Sequence record: MN850574.1
Source: Escherichia phage kaaroe
Length of the DNA: 64,000 nucleotides
Direction: 5' to 3' (one strand)
A program made the position numbers and the translations under genes. Each line of letters opens with the position of its first letter. Positions within the stretch are counted from its first letter, which is position 1. Below the pieces are notes generated by a model. The model did not search any database, was not told where the DNA came from, and was given only the letters and a program-made list of their open reading frames with translations. Shown piece after piece: positions 47,028 through 55,209 of the stretch.

Positions 47028-47198
47028 ATGAACTGGTATAAAATTTGGAAAAATCAGGTGGAGGCTTATCTAGGGTATAAGCCAACCGACGAAGAATTAC
47101 TTGAAGCAATGTACGAAGACGGCTTAAATCCGAAAGTAGCCGCGCAAGAATACGCGGAATGGGTGAAGGTCGAAGATAACCTAAAGGGGAAACTATGA
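47028..47198 (+). CDS. hypothetical small protein
   Basis: ATG 47028; 56 aa. Confidence 0.35.
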   Translation: MNWYKIWKNQVEAYLGYKPTDEELLEAMYEDGLNPKVAAQEYAEWVKVEDNLKGKL

Positions 47199-47395
47199 AG
47201 AAAATGATTGCGATTGCTTTGCTGGCTAGTGCATGTACGGTAAATGCTAATACCGCAGCGATGGTCGCGGCTGTAACTGCTGCAAATGCGTCTGTTATGG
47301 CATCGCAAGAGGCAGCACGCCAGCAAGCACAACAAGAAGCCCAGCGAAAAGCACATGAGGCGACGAAAAATTTCACGAAAATAACAAAAAACTAG
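47195..47395 (+). CDS. small secreted or lipoprotein-like protein
   Basis: N-terminal signal-like MKKMIAIALLASAC with possible lipobox Cys; Ala/Gln-rich mature part. Confidence 0.4.
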   Translation: MKKMIAIALLASACTVNANTAAMVAAVTAANASVMASQEAARQQAQQEAQRKAHEATKNFTKITKN

Positions 47396-47430
47396 TTGAC
47401 GCCAAAGGTCATCGGTAGTATTATACTCCC
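47396..47430 (+). promoter_or_regulatory. sigma70-type early promoter with degenerate hairpin
   Basis: TTGACG 47396-47401, 17-nt spacer, TATTAT 47419-47424; GGTAGTA..TACTCCC arms. Confidence 0.5.
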
Positions 47431-47458
47431 ATACCGAAACGAACTGGAGGAAATAAAA

Positions 47459-47701
47459 ATGGTTAAAGTTAATGTTATCGAAGTTGCACTGTACGACGCT
47501 GGGATCTTCCTGAATGAAAAAGAAGCTGCCGTCCTCGACGAACTGAAAACTGTTTTTGTTCCTGTAGTAGAAGACGTAGAAGCAATCAAAATCGCTTCTC
47601 GTAAACTGTCCCGCGAAGCATTCGACATGATTGATCCGGTTTTCAAAGTTATGCACGAATGCGCGGTTATGATGACCGAAGAAGAAGCGAAAAATTTCTA
47701 A
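47459..47701 (+). CDS. hypothetical protein
   Basis: GGAGG RBS, ATG 47459. Confidence 0.45.
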   Translation: MVKVNVIEVALYDAGIFLNEKEAAVLDELKTVFVPVVEDVEAIKIASRKLSREAFDMIDPVFKVMHECAVMMTEEEAKNF

Positions 47702-47708
47702 AAACTAG

Positions 47709-47743
47709 TTGACGTAAAGATAAGGGAGTAGTAACATACTCCC
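47709..47743 (+). promoter_or_regulatory. early promoter with GGGAGTA/TACTCCC hairpin (PeSL-like)
   Basis: TTGACG 47709-47714, 17-nt spacer, TAACAT 47732-47737; arms GGGAGTAG 47724-47731 and TACTCCC 47737-47743. Confidence 0.55.
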
Positions 47744-47766
47744 ATACCAAACGAAAGGAGAATCAC

Positions 47767-47976
47767 ATGAAATCTATCGAGCAAGTAGTAACAGAGTTTA
47801 TGAGCTACGAAGGAAACCGCATCTTTGGACGTTCTCAAGTTCGCGAGATCGTAGAAGAAGTTGCTGGAGAGTTTGCGGAATCTGGTCACATTATCACGCA
47901 AGAACGTAAAGAAGAAGCAGTAAACCAGATCATGGCTATACAGAAAATGCGTATTAATGCACGAGCGGGGGCTTAA
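47767..47976 (+). CDS. hypothetical protein
   Basis: AAGGAGAATCACATG start context. Confidence 0.45.
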   Translation: MKSIEQVVTEFMSYEGNRIFGRSQVREIVEEVAGEFAESGHIITQERKEEAVNQIMAIQKMRINARAGA

Positions 47977-47977
47977 A

Positions 47978-48277
47978 ATGAATTTTACCGATAAAGTTTT
48001 TGAAATTAGTCGCACTACTTCAATTAAAAATCTTAGGGCGGCTGCATTTATGGTTGATAAAGGGTTTAATATGGCATCGTCTGACGGTGTACCGTACTTT
48101 GCACCAACTTTCGTTGGCTGGATGACTGATCGTAAACGTGATTACACTAAAGCATATCCGCATATGGTACTTAGTAAAATTATCACTAAAGTGTATCCAC
48201 ATATGGTACTTAATGACGTTATCACGGACCACGATCACTTTACAAACTTTATTGTTTCCGGTGAATGGCGAAAATAA
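47978..48277 (+). CDS. hypothetical protein with internal 13-aa tandem repeat
   Basis: ATG 47978; YPHMVLSKIITKV / YPHMVLNDVITDH from a 39-bp direct DNA repeat. Confidence 0.45.
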   Translation: MNFTDKVFEISRTTSIKNLRAAAFMVDKGFNMASSDGVPYFAPTFVGWMTDRKRDYTKAYPHMVLSKIITKVYPHMVLNDVITDHDHFTNFIVSGEWRK

Positions 48278-48288
48278 TTTAAAACTAG

Positions 48289-48323
48289 TTGACACCGGAT
48301 TAAGGGAGTAGTAACATACTCCC
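48289..48323 (+). promoter_or_regulatory. early promoter with GGGAGTA/TACTCCC hairpin (PeSL-like)
   Basis: TTGACA 48289-48294, 17-nt spacer, TAACAT 48312-48317; arms identical to the 47709 copy. Confidence 0.55.
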
Positions 48324-48351
48324 ATCAAGACAAAACACTGAGGAATATATT

Positions 48352-49110
48352 ATGAAAAACATTATCGCTGCTATCGTTCTTTCTGCTACTGCTTTCGGTG
48401 CTAACGCTGCGTCCTTTGATTGCGCTAAAGCTACTACCAAATCAGAGAAGTTTATTTGTGCTAATGAGTCTATCTCCGCACTGGACTCTAAACTTCATGA
48501 GGTGTATGTTAAGGCTGTTAAGATTGATCCGTCTCTGAAACAAGAGCAACGAAACTGGAATAAAACTGTTCGTGATACAATGATCAATATAGGGCAGATT
48601 CAGCCACTGGAGGCTGTATATAACGCTCAAATCCAAAACTTGATGAATGTATTACCTAAAGAAGAAACCGCGTCAGAAAGCGATTCAGAGACTTCTGCGA
48701 AGGTTGAAGAAGAACAACCGAAACAGGAAGCAAAAGTGGTAGAAGAACCGAAGGTCGAAACTTTTACCTATCAATGTACCGTTCGTTATGAGTGGAGTAT
48801 GAAAGATGGAATTTCCACAAAAATTAAAGAGGCTCCACTGTATGCAAAATATGGAAACCAGCCAGGGGATCTTAAAGTAACCATTAAAAATGGGAAGATG
48901 GTTGATTTTGTATACACTGATGAATACAACGTACACAAAGCAAACGTACAAGAAACCGTTATGACTAAAGGCGGGTTTTATAAGAATGTTGGCAAGAAAG
49001 ATCTATATGAATACTCCGTTTTCGAACCAAACGACGGAACTATTCGATTTGAAAAACGTCATCCTACATTCGGTGGAGCAATTGATGTAGATCAATACGT
49101 TTGCAAGTAA
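48352..49110 (+). CDS. secreted protein with LprI/DUF1311-like N-terminal domain
   Basis: Signal peptide MKNIIAAIVLSATAFGANA; CAKATT..E.FIC..ISALDSKL..VY pattern typical of DUF1311; acidic linker then C-terminal domain with second Cys pair. Confidence 0.5.
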   Translation: MKNIIAAIVLSATAFGANAASFDCAKATTKSEKFICANESISALDSKLHEVYVKAVKIDPSLKQEQRNWNKTVRDTMINIGQIQPLEAVYNAQIQNLMNVLPKEETASESDSETSAKVEEEQPKQEAKVVEEPKVETFTYQCTVRYEWSMKDGISTKIKEAPLYAKYGNQPGDLKVTIKNGKMVDFVYTDEYNVHKANVQETVMTKGGFYKNVGKKDLYEYSVFEPNDGTIRFEKRHPTFGGAIDVDQYVCK

Positions 49111-49121
49111 GAGGTTAAATT

Positions 49122-49409
49122 ATGCAATTCAATAACATGAAGATTACAAAAGATTGGTGGAAGGCGATGCAAGATACTCCAGAAACCAAATTAAGCGAGA
49201 CAACAACCACAATACAAGTTGATTACGAAGATCCGAAAGACATATACAGAGAGATTTTAATCAGAGAGCTTATAAAAGCTGGAAACTATCAAACACCAGA
49301 TGGCCTTATTGACATGATGGTTAAAGGTCTGTATAGTGGTAAAAATCCAGATATTTTACCGTGGTACGAGGGATATTTTAAAACATATCGTGACCACAAC
49401 CGAAAATAA
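49122..49409 (+). CDS. hypothetical protein
   Basis: ORF with AGAGG RBS. Confidence 0.45.
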   Translation: MQFNNMKITKDWWKAMQDTPETKLSETTTTIQVDYEDPKDIYREILIRELIKAGNYQTPDGLIDMMVKGLYSGKNPDILPWYEGYFKTYRDHNRK

Positions 49410-49432
49410 GTTGTTGACGTGAGGATTATATT

Positions 49433-49624
49433 ATGGTAATTTTTAATCGCGATGGTATCATAGTTCGGCAGCATCCATTCCTTGAATACTATCAGGTTGA
49501 ACAATGGGGATATGGAGATTGCAACCGCTCATACGGTCAAAGCTGGGGATACCGTACAGTTTTTGAATCAACTAATATTGACAAAGTACGACAGAAAGTT
49601 TTAGAACTTCTTAACGATAAGTGA
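49433..49624 (+). CDS. hypothetical protein
   Basis: GAGGATTATATTATG start context. Confidence 0.4.
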   Translation: MVIFNRDGIIVRQHPFLEYYQVEQWGYGDCNRSYGQSWGYRTVFESTNIDKVRQKVLELLNDK

Positions 49625-49634
49625 GGATTACATC

Positions 49635-50003
49635 ATGGAAATTCAAAACAATTACGAAAAATGTGTTATTATCAATGATTTGCAACGTCAATTGCACAAC
49701 TACGAAACCGATTATAAAACAGCAACCAAAACTGGAAAGCTGAAAGTGTGGGAAGTCTGGTATAACCGGAACTATCTGGGAAGCATCCACAAACTTGATC
49801 GCAGTGATGTTTATACAATGCATGTAGGCGCTTGTGGTGAATCGGATGTAGCATTTAATTTCATGGAAGCACTTGCATTCTATGTAGAATATCTGGTAGA
49901 CTATATCGAGTTGGAAGAGGAAGTTGTAGAATTGCTTCCTCCACCGGAAGAAGCGCCGGAAGCAACGATCCTGAAAGCATTAAAGAAAATCTTTGTTAAG
50001 TGA
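49635..50003 (+). CDS. hypothetical protein
   Basis: GTGAGGATTACATCATG start context. Confidence 0.45.
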   Translation: MEIQNNYEKCVIINDLQRQLHNYETDYKTATKTGKLKVWEVWYNRNYLGSIHKLDRSDVYTMHVGACGESDVAFNFMEALAFYVEYLVDYIELEEEVVELLPPPEEAPEATILKALKKIFVK

Positions 50004-50011
50004 GGTGAACT

Positions 50012-50344
50012 ATGAAAAATGTACTGATTGTGTGGGAACTGATTCCAGAAACTACTGAATTATACATGGTACAGGTTGACAATAAAGAATTTGAAATTCT
50101 GAAACGCGTCAACTGCAAATATATTAACATTGATGACATGACCCCAGAAATGGACTATGTAAACTATGCTCTCATGCAGCCTAGTTGGATTATGGATGAA
50201 ACTAAAGCAGACGCCGAATCGCTGGGTGTACCGGAAGAAGTATTAGCGAAATGGCATCAATTCAAAGTTGAAATAAAAGAGGGCGAACCGTTTATTCCTA
50301 GCGGTAAGATCGATGCGGTGATCGTAACAGGTTTTCATCTGTAA
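50012..50344 (+). CDS. hypothetical protein
   Basis: GTGAGGTGAACTATG start context. Confidence 0.45.
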   Translation: MKNVLIVWELIPETTELYMVQVDNKEFEILKRVNCKYINIDDMTPEMDYVNYALMQPSWIMDETKADAESLGVPEEVLAKWHQFKVEIKEGEPFIPSGKIDAVIVTGFHL

Positions 50345-50356
50345 GGAGATTATACA

Positions 50357-50689
50357 ATGTTTAACTATGACAAATATGAATCATGGAAAGCGACCGAATT
50401 GAAAGAGGCAGCGCGGTTAATCACACCGCGTCTTTATCCGGTGTTGTTTAGCGCAGATAAAGTAACAAGGGAAGTAAACGAGGCGCTATCGGTTTTAGGC
50501 TATCTGATCGATAAAGTAGAGAAAACATCGGTATTCACAAATAGCGTAGAATATACCCGGTATCGAGTGTTTTTAGATTCCTTGCTCGTTGTCATTAAGG
50601 CACTAAATGATCATAACTACACCATGAACATGACGAAAATAATCGACGAAGCAAGAATTATGACAGAGAATATTTTCGGTAAATTTTGA
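50357..50689 (+). CDS. hypothetical protein, paralog family C member 1
   Basis: C-terminal ..IIDEARIMTENIFGKF similar to the next gene. Confidence 0.45.
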   Translation: MFNYDKYESWKATELKEAARLITPRLYPVLFSADKVTREVNEALSVLGYLIDKVEKTSVFTNSVEYTRYRVFLDSLLVVIKALNDHNYTMNMTKIIDEARIMTENIFGKF

Positions 50690-50803
50690 TTATGAAAGAT
50701 GATGAATCATTGAAAATTGCACTGGTTATGCTATTACAAGGTATAGAATTAGCAAACCACGAAAAAATGTTGAAACAACAGCGTGAAATTATGAGAGGTG
50801 ATT

Positions 50804-51127
50804 ATGATCGAGTTTGAAATTGACAACTTTCACGAAAAAGCAGAAGACCTAACCAAAATTTTGATTAGTCGAGGTGCATATAATACGAAAGATATTATAA
50901 AAGAAGTTAATGTAGCGATGGACGCGATCCGAAAGGAATTTAAACATATTTCAGCGATTGGAGAAAATGGTCATCTTGAAGATGTTGAGCTGGTAGCACT
51001 GCGACGCTATTACTTCTTTGTTGATTGCATCATTGATCTAGCTAAAAATTATAGTCATTACATGAAAGATATTGTAAAAGATGCACGTAAGCTGGCAGAG
51101 AATGTTTACGGGAAGTTTCCAGAATGA
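50804..51127 (+). CDS. hypothetical protein, paralog family C member 2
   Basis: C-terminal ..IVKDARKLAENVYGKF similar to the previous gene. Confidence 0.45.
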   Translation: MIEFEIDNFHEKAEDLTKILISRGAYNTKDIIKEVNVAMDAIRKEFKHISAIGENGHLEDVELVALRRYYFFVDCIIDLAKNYSHYMKDIVKDARKLAENVYGKFPE

Positions 51128-51372
51128 AATTAGAACAAGCGATTGTATACTTTGAGATGGGCTATGATATTGCTCGTGTAGAGTGGGAAGATGGTGATTT
51201 TGTCCGATTGATTGATCTTCCAGAAACAGCTATTGCACTGGTCAAAGTAGAAAACGGCGTACAACGAAATTACGCGTTTTCTGACGAAGACAAACAAGCC
51301 GATGACTGGTACGCTACCTGTTTTCATCATACAGCGTCAAAATGCGATTCAGGCGCGTCTATGCGCCAATAA
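51124..51372 (+). CDS. hypothetical protein
   Basis: Last + strand ORF before the convergent terminator. Confidence 0.4.
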   Translation: MKLEQAIVYFEMGYDIARVEWEDGDFVRLIDLPETAIALVKVENGVQRNYAFSDEDKQADDWYATCFHHTASKCDSGASMRQ

Positions 51373-51375
51373 AAA

Positions 51376-51405
51376 GAAGGGGAGGCCGAAAGGCTTCCCC
51401 TTTAA
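51376..51405. terminator. bidirectional intrinsic terminator between convergent transcription units
   Basis: GGGGAGGCCgaaaGGCTTCCCC with A/T runs on both sides, between + strand ORF end (51372) and holin stop (51407). Confidence 0.6.
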
Positions 51406-51406
51406 G

Positions 51407-52063
51407 TTATCTAATCCTTCCGAGGATTCTGGCAGATTGATTGCAAAGAGTATCTAAATTCTCAATGTCAATATCCGGTTTATTCTTCCATGAAATGGCG
51501 ATACTACCAGAATAGACATTATCGAGATTGAATATAGGACAAGAATACATGAAACCTATATCGATATTCTCTAATTTCTTTTCTCTTGATGGAATATACT
51601 GGAAATCTTTATCGGTAAAATATGATTTACCTAAAAGATGCCTACGATATTCTTCACTCGTTTTATTGATAGGGAATCCGCCTAAATTTTTTTCATCGAT
51701 TGTGTGAGGTAGCTTTCCTTCATATGCCACCAAATCAACAAAATAGTTTAGGTTTTTCGGACGAAAACTAAAAACAGCAGAAAAATCGGCATCAGCCGAC
51801 ACATGAACTATCTGTAACTGCTCCTGTGCTGCATTATCAAAATTGCGGTCTTTCTCTACCTGGAGAATGTGAGCATAAGTCTCATAACGAGTCTCTTTAT
51901 AAAGCGCAAATAACTCGTTTTTACTATAAACGACAAATGCTAATATGGACAACACGACGGCAGCAAAAACACGAAGTACGAGCAACTCCGTGCTTTTAGT
52001 TGTGAAAATAGCGCGCAGGACATTTGAGATAGCAAAGTCTTTCCCTTTTTCAGAAACTTGCAT
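51407..52063 (-). CDS. t: holin T
   Basis: 218 aa, one N-terminal TM helix; QLQIVHVSADADFSAVFSFRPKNLNYFVDLVAYEGKLP and CNQSARILGR colinear with recalled T4 holin. Confidence 0.85.
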   Translation of the reverse strand: MQVSEKGKDFAISNVLRAIFTTKSTELLVLRVFAAVVLSILAFVVYSKNELFALYKETRYETYAHILQVEKDRNFDNAAQEQLQIVHVSADADFSAVFSFRPKNLNYFVDLVAYEGKLPHTIDEKNLGGFPINKTSEEYRRHLLGKSYFTDKDFQYIPSREKKLENIDIGFMYSCPIFNLDNVYSGSIAISWKNKPDIDIENLDTLCNQSARILGRIR

Positions 52064-52096
52064 ATAATGCCCTAAGATAACTATGACAGTGTACTC

Positions 52097-52336
52097 TTAT
52101 TTAGGTAGTTGACTATCACTAGGTTTATCTTGCTCGTTACTATCTTCTGACTGATCTTTATTAAACTCCTTATAAAGTTCTTCCACAAAACGATCATCAA
52201 TTGGCGTATTGGTATAAGCCGCAAGACGACGAGCGCAATAGAAGAAAATTTTAGTGAGCATCTTTTCACTAATTAACTTTGACAATAATTTCATTCCGAA
52301 ATTAGACAAAGCACCAATGACGATATTATAGACCAT
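52097..52336 (-). CDS. hypothetical protein (79 aa) in the position of gene 38
   Basis: AAGGAGAAAC RBS; hydrophobic N-terminus, acidic C-terminus; no resemblance to T4 gp38 noticed. Confidence 0.45.
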   Translation of the reverse strand: MVYNIVIGALSNFGMKLLSKLISEKMLTKIFFYCARRLAAYTNTPIDDRFVEELYKEFNKDQSEDSNEQDKPSDSQLPK

Positions 52337-52376
52337 AGCCGTTTCTCCTTAGTAGTTCCCTTCCCTGGGAGTTTCC

Positions 52377-55139
52377 TTAATTCTTTTTAAGTTCCGCTAG
52401 TTCAGCTTTAACGGCATTCAATTCTTCGCTCATTTCCTGAAACGCCTTAATTAAAAGAGCGTTGACAGCAGAGTTAGAAATTGTTAAGATCTCTTCTGGC
52501 TTATCGGGATCGCCGATGTTAGAAGTTGTTACTGCTTCCGGTAATTCTTTTTCAAGATCCTGAGCAATAATACCAACTTCATGAGCAATGACAGTACGGT
52601 CGGTTAAAGATTTAACCTTGTCATAGGTGTATACCGTCAAGCGATTAACTTTATCAGTGGCATTCTCCTTATACTCTTCCTTGTTGATTTTAAGGCGAGC
52701 ATCAGAGCGAATGTAAACGTCGTTAAAGTTACCATTGCGTCCAGCTTGGAAATCGCCGTTTTTATAGAAGGTAGTATTAGATTCAACACCAGAACCTTTA
52801 ACATGAACTCGCCATGAACCTTCATTAAGAAGCATACCCAACGAGAATGTTACTGCACCTTGAACATAACGTTGCTTGATCAAAGGAACATATGTAGACG
52901 CATCACCACGGTCTAAACGTTGGAAAATAGGTGCTTTGACGTTATCATCATGTTGAGATGCAAAAGAACCAGCACCCGCAGAACCAGAATCTATAGTAAT
53001 GACGCTAGCGCCGCGTTGAATAGCATTACCAAAATTCAGACTACCGCCTACGTTAGCATCGCTTCCGCTATAGAAAGAACCTGCAACAGAGAACTTAACC
53101 GGACCAGTTCCACCCGCAGTACGTTCGGTATACCAATGATAACTTGTTGCATCCGTACATTCAAAAACTTGTTTTCGTGATTCATTACCCCATGTATGGA
53201 GACTAAATTGCGAAGAAGAACCACGGTTAGCATGGAATGTAATTTCGCCAGATTCTACACGCACAAATCCTTTAAATCGCGCAGTAATTTCACCGGTTGC
53301 CATTTTACGTTCAGTTGTGAAGTGTGCACCGCTATTGTCTTCAAACTGCAAAATGTTATCACGGGCGTTATTGCTATCACCCCAATGGTTGATTTTAAAG
53401 AAATCACGAGATCCTAATCGTCCACTAGAGAAATGAAGGAAACCTTTTTCTACATAAACATCACCCGTAAAACGAGCGGCTTTGCTTGCACGTTCTAACG
53501 TTAATGCAGCTTCGTTACCGTCACCGCCTAATTGAACGTTACCGGAAGTCAAATCGTAAATGAATGGTCGGTTGCCGTTCCACCCACCAAAACGATCATT
53601 TTCGGCAGTAGAAAGAAGATAAACTTTAGTGCCGTCATTACGCCAGAATGCACCATAATTACCAAAGATCATACGGTATGCATCAGAATTGGCAGCTACA
53701 TATTGACCATTAGTGTATACAATTTTGGTTGCACCTGCGCTTAAAGATACTTGACCACTTGCTTCTAGCTTAACAAAGTTTTTACCTTCGTCACTATACC
53801 ATTGAAAATCGTTGGTTTCTGTAGAACCAAAACCAAACCAGCCTTGACGTTTATTAGCCCCGTCTCGCTGATCCATATATTCAAAATAGTTACTACAACC
53901 AGTAGGACGCCACATACGAATCGCGTTATTGCCTTGCAGATGAAGTCTATTGACAAATAAACCATCACTACCAACAATTTTTAATACTTCTTTTTGGTCG
54001 GTGGAACCAGTAGCCAAACGATACACATCACCTTGAACAGTTTCATGCCATATTGTTTCCGCCGCACGACTGCGGAATTTACGCATATATTTTTTATTGT
54101 TGTCTGGTACGTTATTAAGGCTCACAATATCATAGGTTGCTTGTGAGTTATTATCAAACATCAACGTTCCGGCTTTGTTTTCTGTGTTGAACATCGTAAT
54201 AACACGAGCATCAAATTTAGTTCCGGTTGCTGGTGCAGTCGCCGAAAATTCAGGAACATCATAAACAGTCAATGCGACGTCAACAGTTTTTCCAAACTCT
54301 ACAATAACGTTATCGGTGTAACGACCATAGTTAACATAAATGTCATAGTTATCACCGGAAGTATTAATTGCAAATACTTCATGGACGTTCAAAGAATTTC
54401 GACGATATGCAGCAATAGTAACACCTTTAGGATTTCCATTCCCACCACGAATCACGATTTCAAGGAAATCCACCTGGTCGTAGGATTTAACATTAAATCC
54501 GTTTCCACCATAGATACGAATAAATGCCATTTTTCCTTGCTGGGGGATCATTGCGGTTGCAATCTTAAAGTAGCCACGAGTTGCGTCACCGGAAGGAACA
54601 GACATTTTAACGTTCTTAACAAACATACGGTCAATTTCTTGTTTGCTATAAACGTTCAATTCTCCTGGAGTTGGTTTATCACCTTCGTGATACATTTTAT
54701 AACTAAATGCTTTTTGACCTTCTCTATTATAGCCATAAGTTTCTACACGCGATCCAGTGTGCCCATACTGGAAAGTAAATCCTCGACCATGTTGGACACC
54801 GGAAGAGTGAGGAACGTTTAGCGTGAGTTCGAGAAGACCATCAAGACCATTGGTACGGAAAGCGCCAAAGTAGTTAAGATCTCTCGCTGTCTGATCTTCC
54901 AGATAGTTAGCGGTTTTACTTAAGATATAATTATTACCTTTAACCTTACCCGCCATTGTAACATCGCGGTCATAAACCGGAGGACAACTTAAATTGATAA
55001 TAGTACCGGAATCATTTTTAGTAAGAAGATATTGATCCGCAAGGTTGATTGCCAATTCCCCCGGATTCATCGTACTAGCATCAGGTTTACGACCTTTAGT
55101 GCTAGTGCGTTTAAATTGGATTCTGCTTAAATCTGCCAT
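52377..55139 (-). CDS. 37: long tail fiber distal subunit gp37 with C-terminal intramolecular chaperone (peptidase S74-like) domain
   Basis: N-terminal RIQFKR..PGELAINL and internal AGAGSFASQ..DASTYVPLIKQRYVQG match recalled T4 gp37; C-terminal SDARLK..GIIAQDLEKELPEAV matches the S74 chaperone signature. Confidence 0.9.
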   Translation of the reverse strand: MADLSRIQFKRTSTKGRKPDASTMNPGELAINLADQYLLTKNDSGTIINLSCPPVYDRDVTMAGKVKGNNYILSKTANYLEDQTARDLNYFGAFRTNGLDGLLELTLNVPHSSGVQHGRGFTFQYGHTGSRVETYGYNREGQKAFSYKMYHEGDKPTPGELNVYSKQEIDRMFVKNVKMSVPSGDATRGYFKIATAMIPQQGKMAFIRIYGGNGFNVKSYDQVDFLEIVIRGGNGNPKGVTIAAYRRNSLNVHEVFAINTSGDNYDIYVNYGRYTDNVIVEFGKTVDVALTVYDVPEFSATAPATGTKFDARVITMFNTENKAGTLMFDNNSQATYDIVSLNNVPDNNKKYMRKFRSRAAETIWHETVQGDVYRLATGSTDQKEVLKIVGSDGLFVNRLHLQGNNAIRMWRPTGCSNYFEYMDQRDGANKRQGWFGFGSTETNDFQWYSDEGKNFVKLEASGQVSLSAGATKIVYTNGQYVAANSDAYRMIFGNYGAFWRNDGTKVYLLSTAENDRFGGWNGNRPFIYDLTSGNVQLGGDGNEAALTLERASKAARFTGDVYVEKGFLHFSSGRLGSRDFFKINHWGDSNNARDNILQFEDNSGAHFTTERKMATGEITARFKGFVRVESGEITFHANRGSSSQFSLHTWGNESRKQVFECTDATSYHWYTERTAGGTGPVKFSVAGSFYSGSDANVGGSLNFGNAIQRGASVITIDSGSAGAGSFASQHDDNVKAPIFQRLDRGDASTYVPLIKQRYVQGAVTFSLGMLLNEGSWRVHVKGSGVESNTTFYKNGDFQAGRNGNFNDVYIRSDARLKINKEEYKENATDKVNRLTVYTYDKVKSLTDRTVIAHEVGIIAQDLEKELPEAVTTSNIGDPDKPEEILTISNSAVNALLIKAFQEMSEELNAVKAELAELKKN

Positions 55140-55182
55140 TTTATAAAATCCTTAAACGGTTATTAGAATAATATTATTTAGA

Positions 55183-55207
55183 AAAGCGGGGATTGTCTCC
55201 CCGCTAA
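55183..55207 (-). terminator. intrinsic terminator after gene 36
   Basis: AGCGGGGAgacaaTCCCCGCT followed on the - strand by TTTTC. Confidence 0.5.
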
Positions 55208-55209
55208 AA

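Noticed and set aside
46981-47656. Cys-rich reverse-strand ORFs (131 and 196 aa)
   Set aside because: Antisense to a run of well-punctuated + strand genes with promoters and RBSs; odd low-complexity composition; considered spurious.
49414-49419. TTGACG resembling a -35 box
   Set aside because: It is only 13 nt from the ATG at 49433, leaving no room for a spacer, -10 and leader; it is part of the ribosome-binding region.
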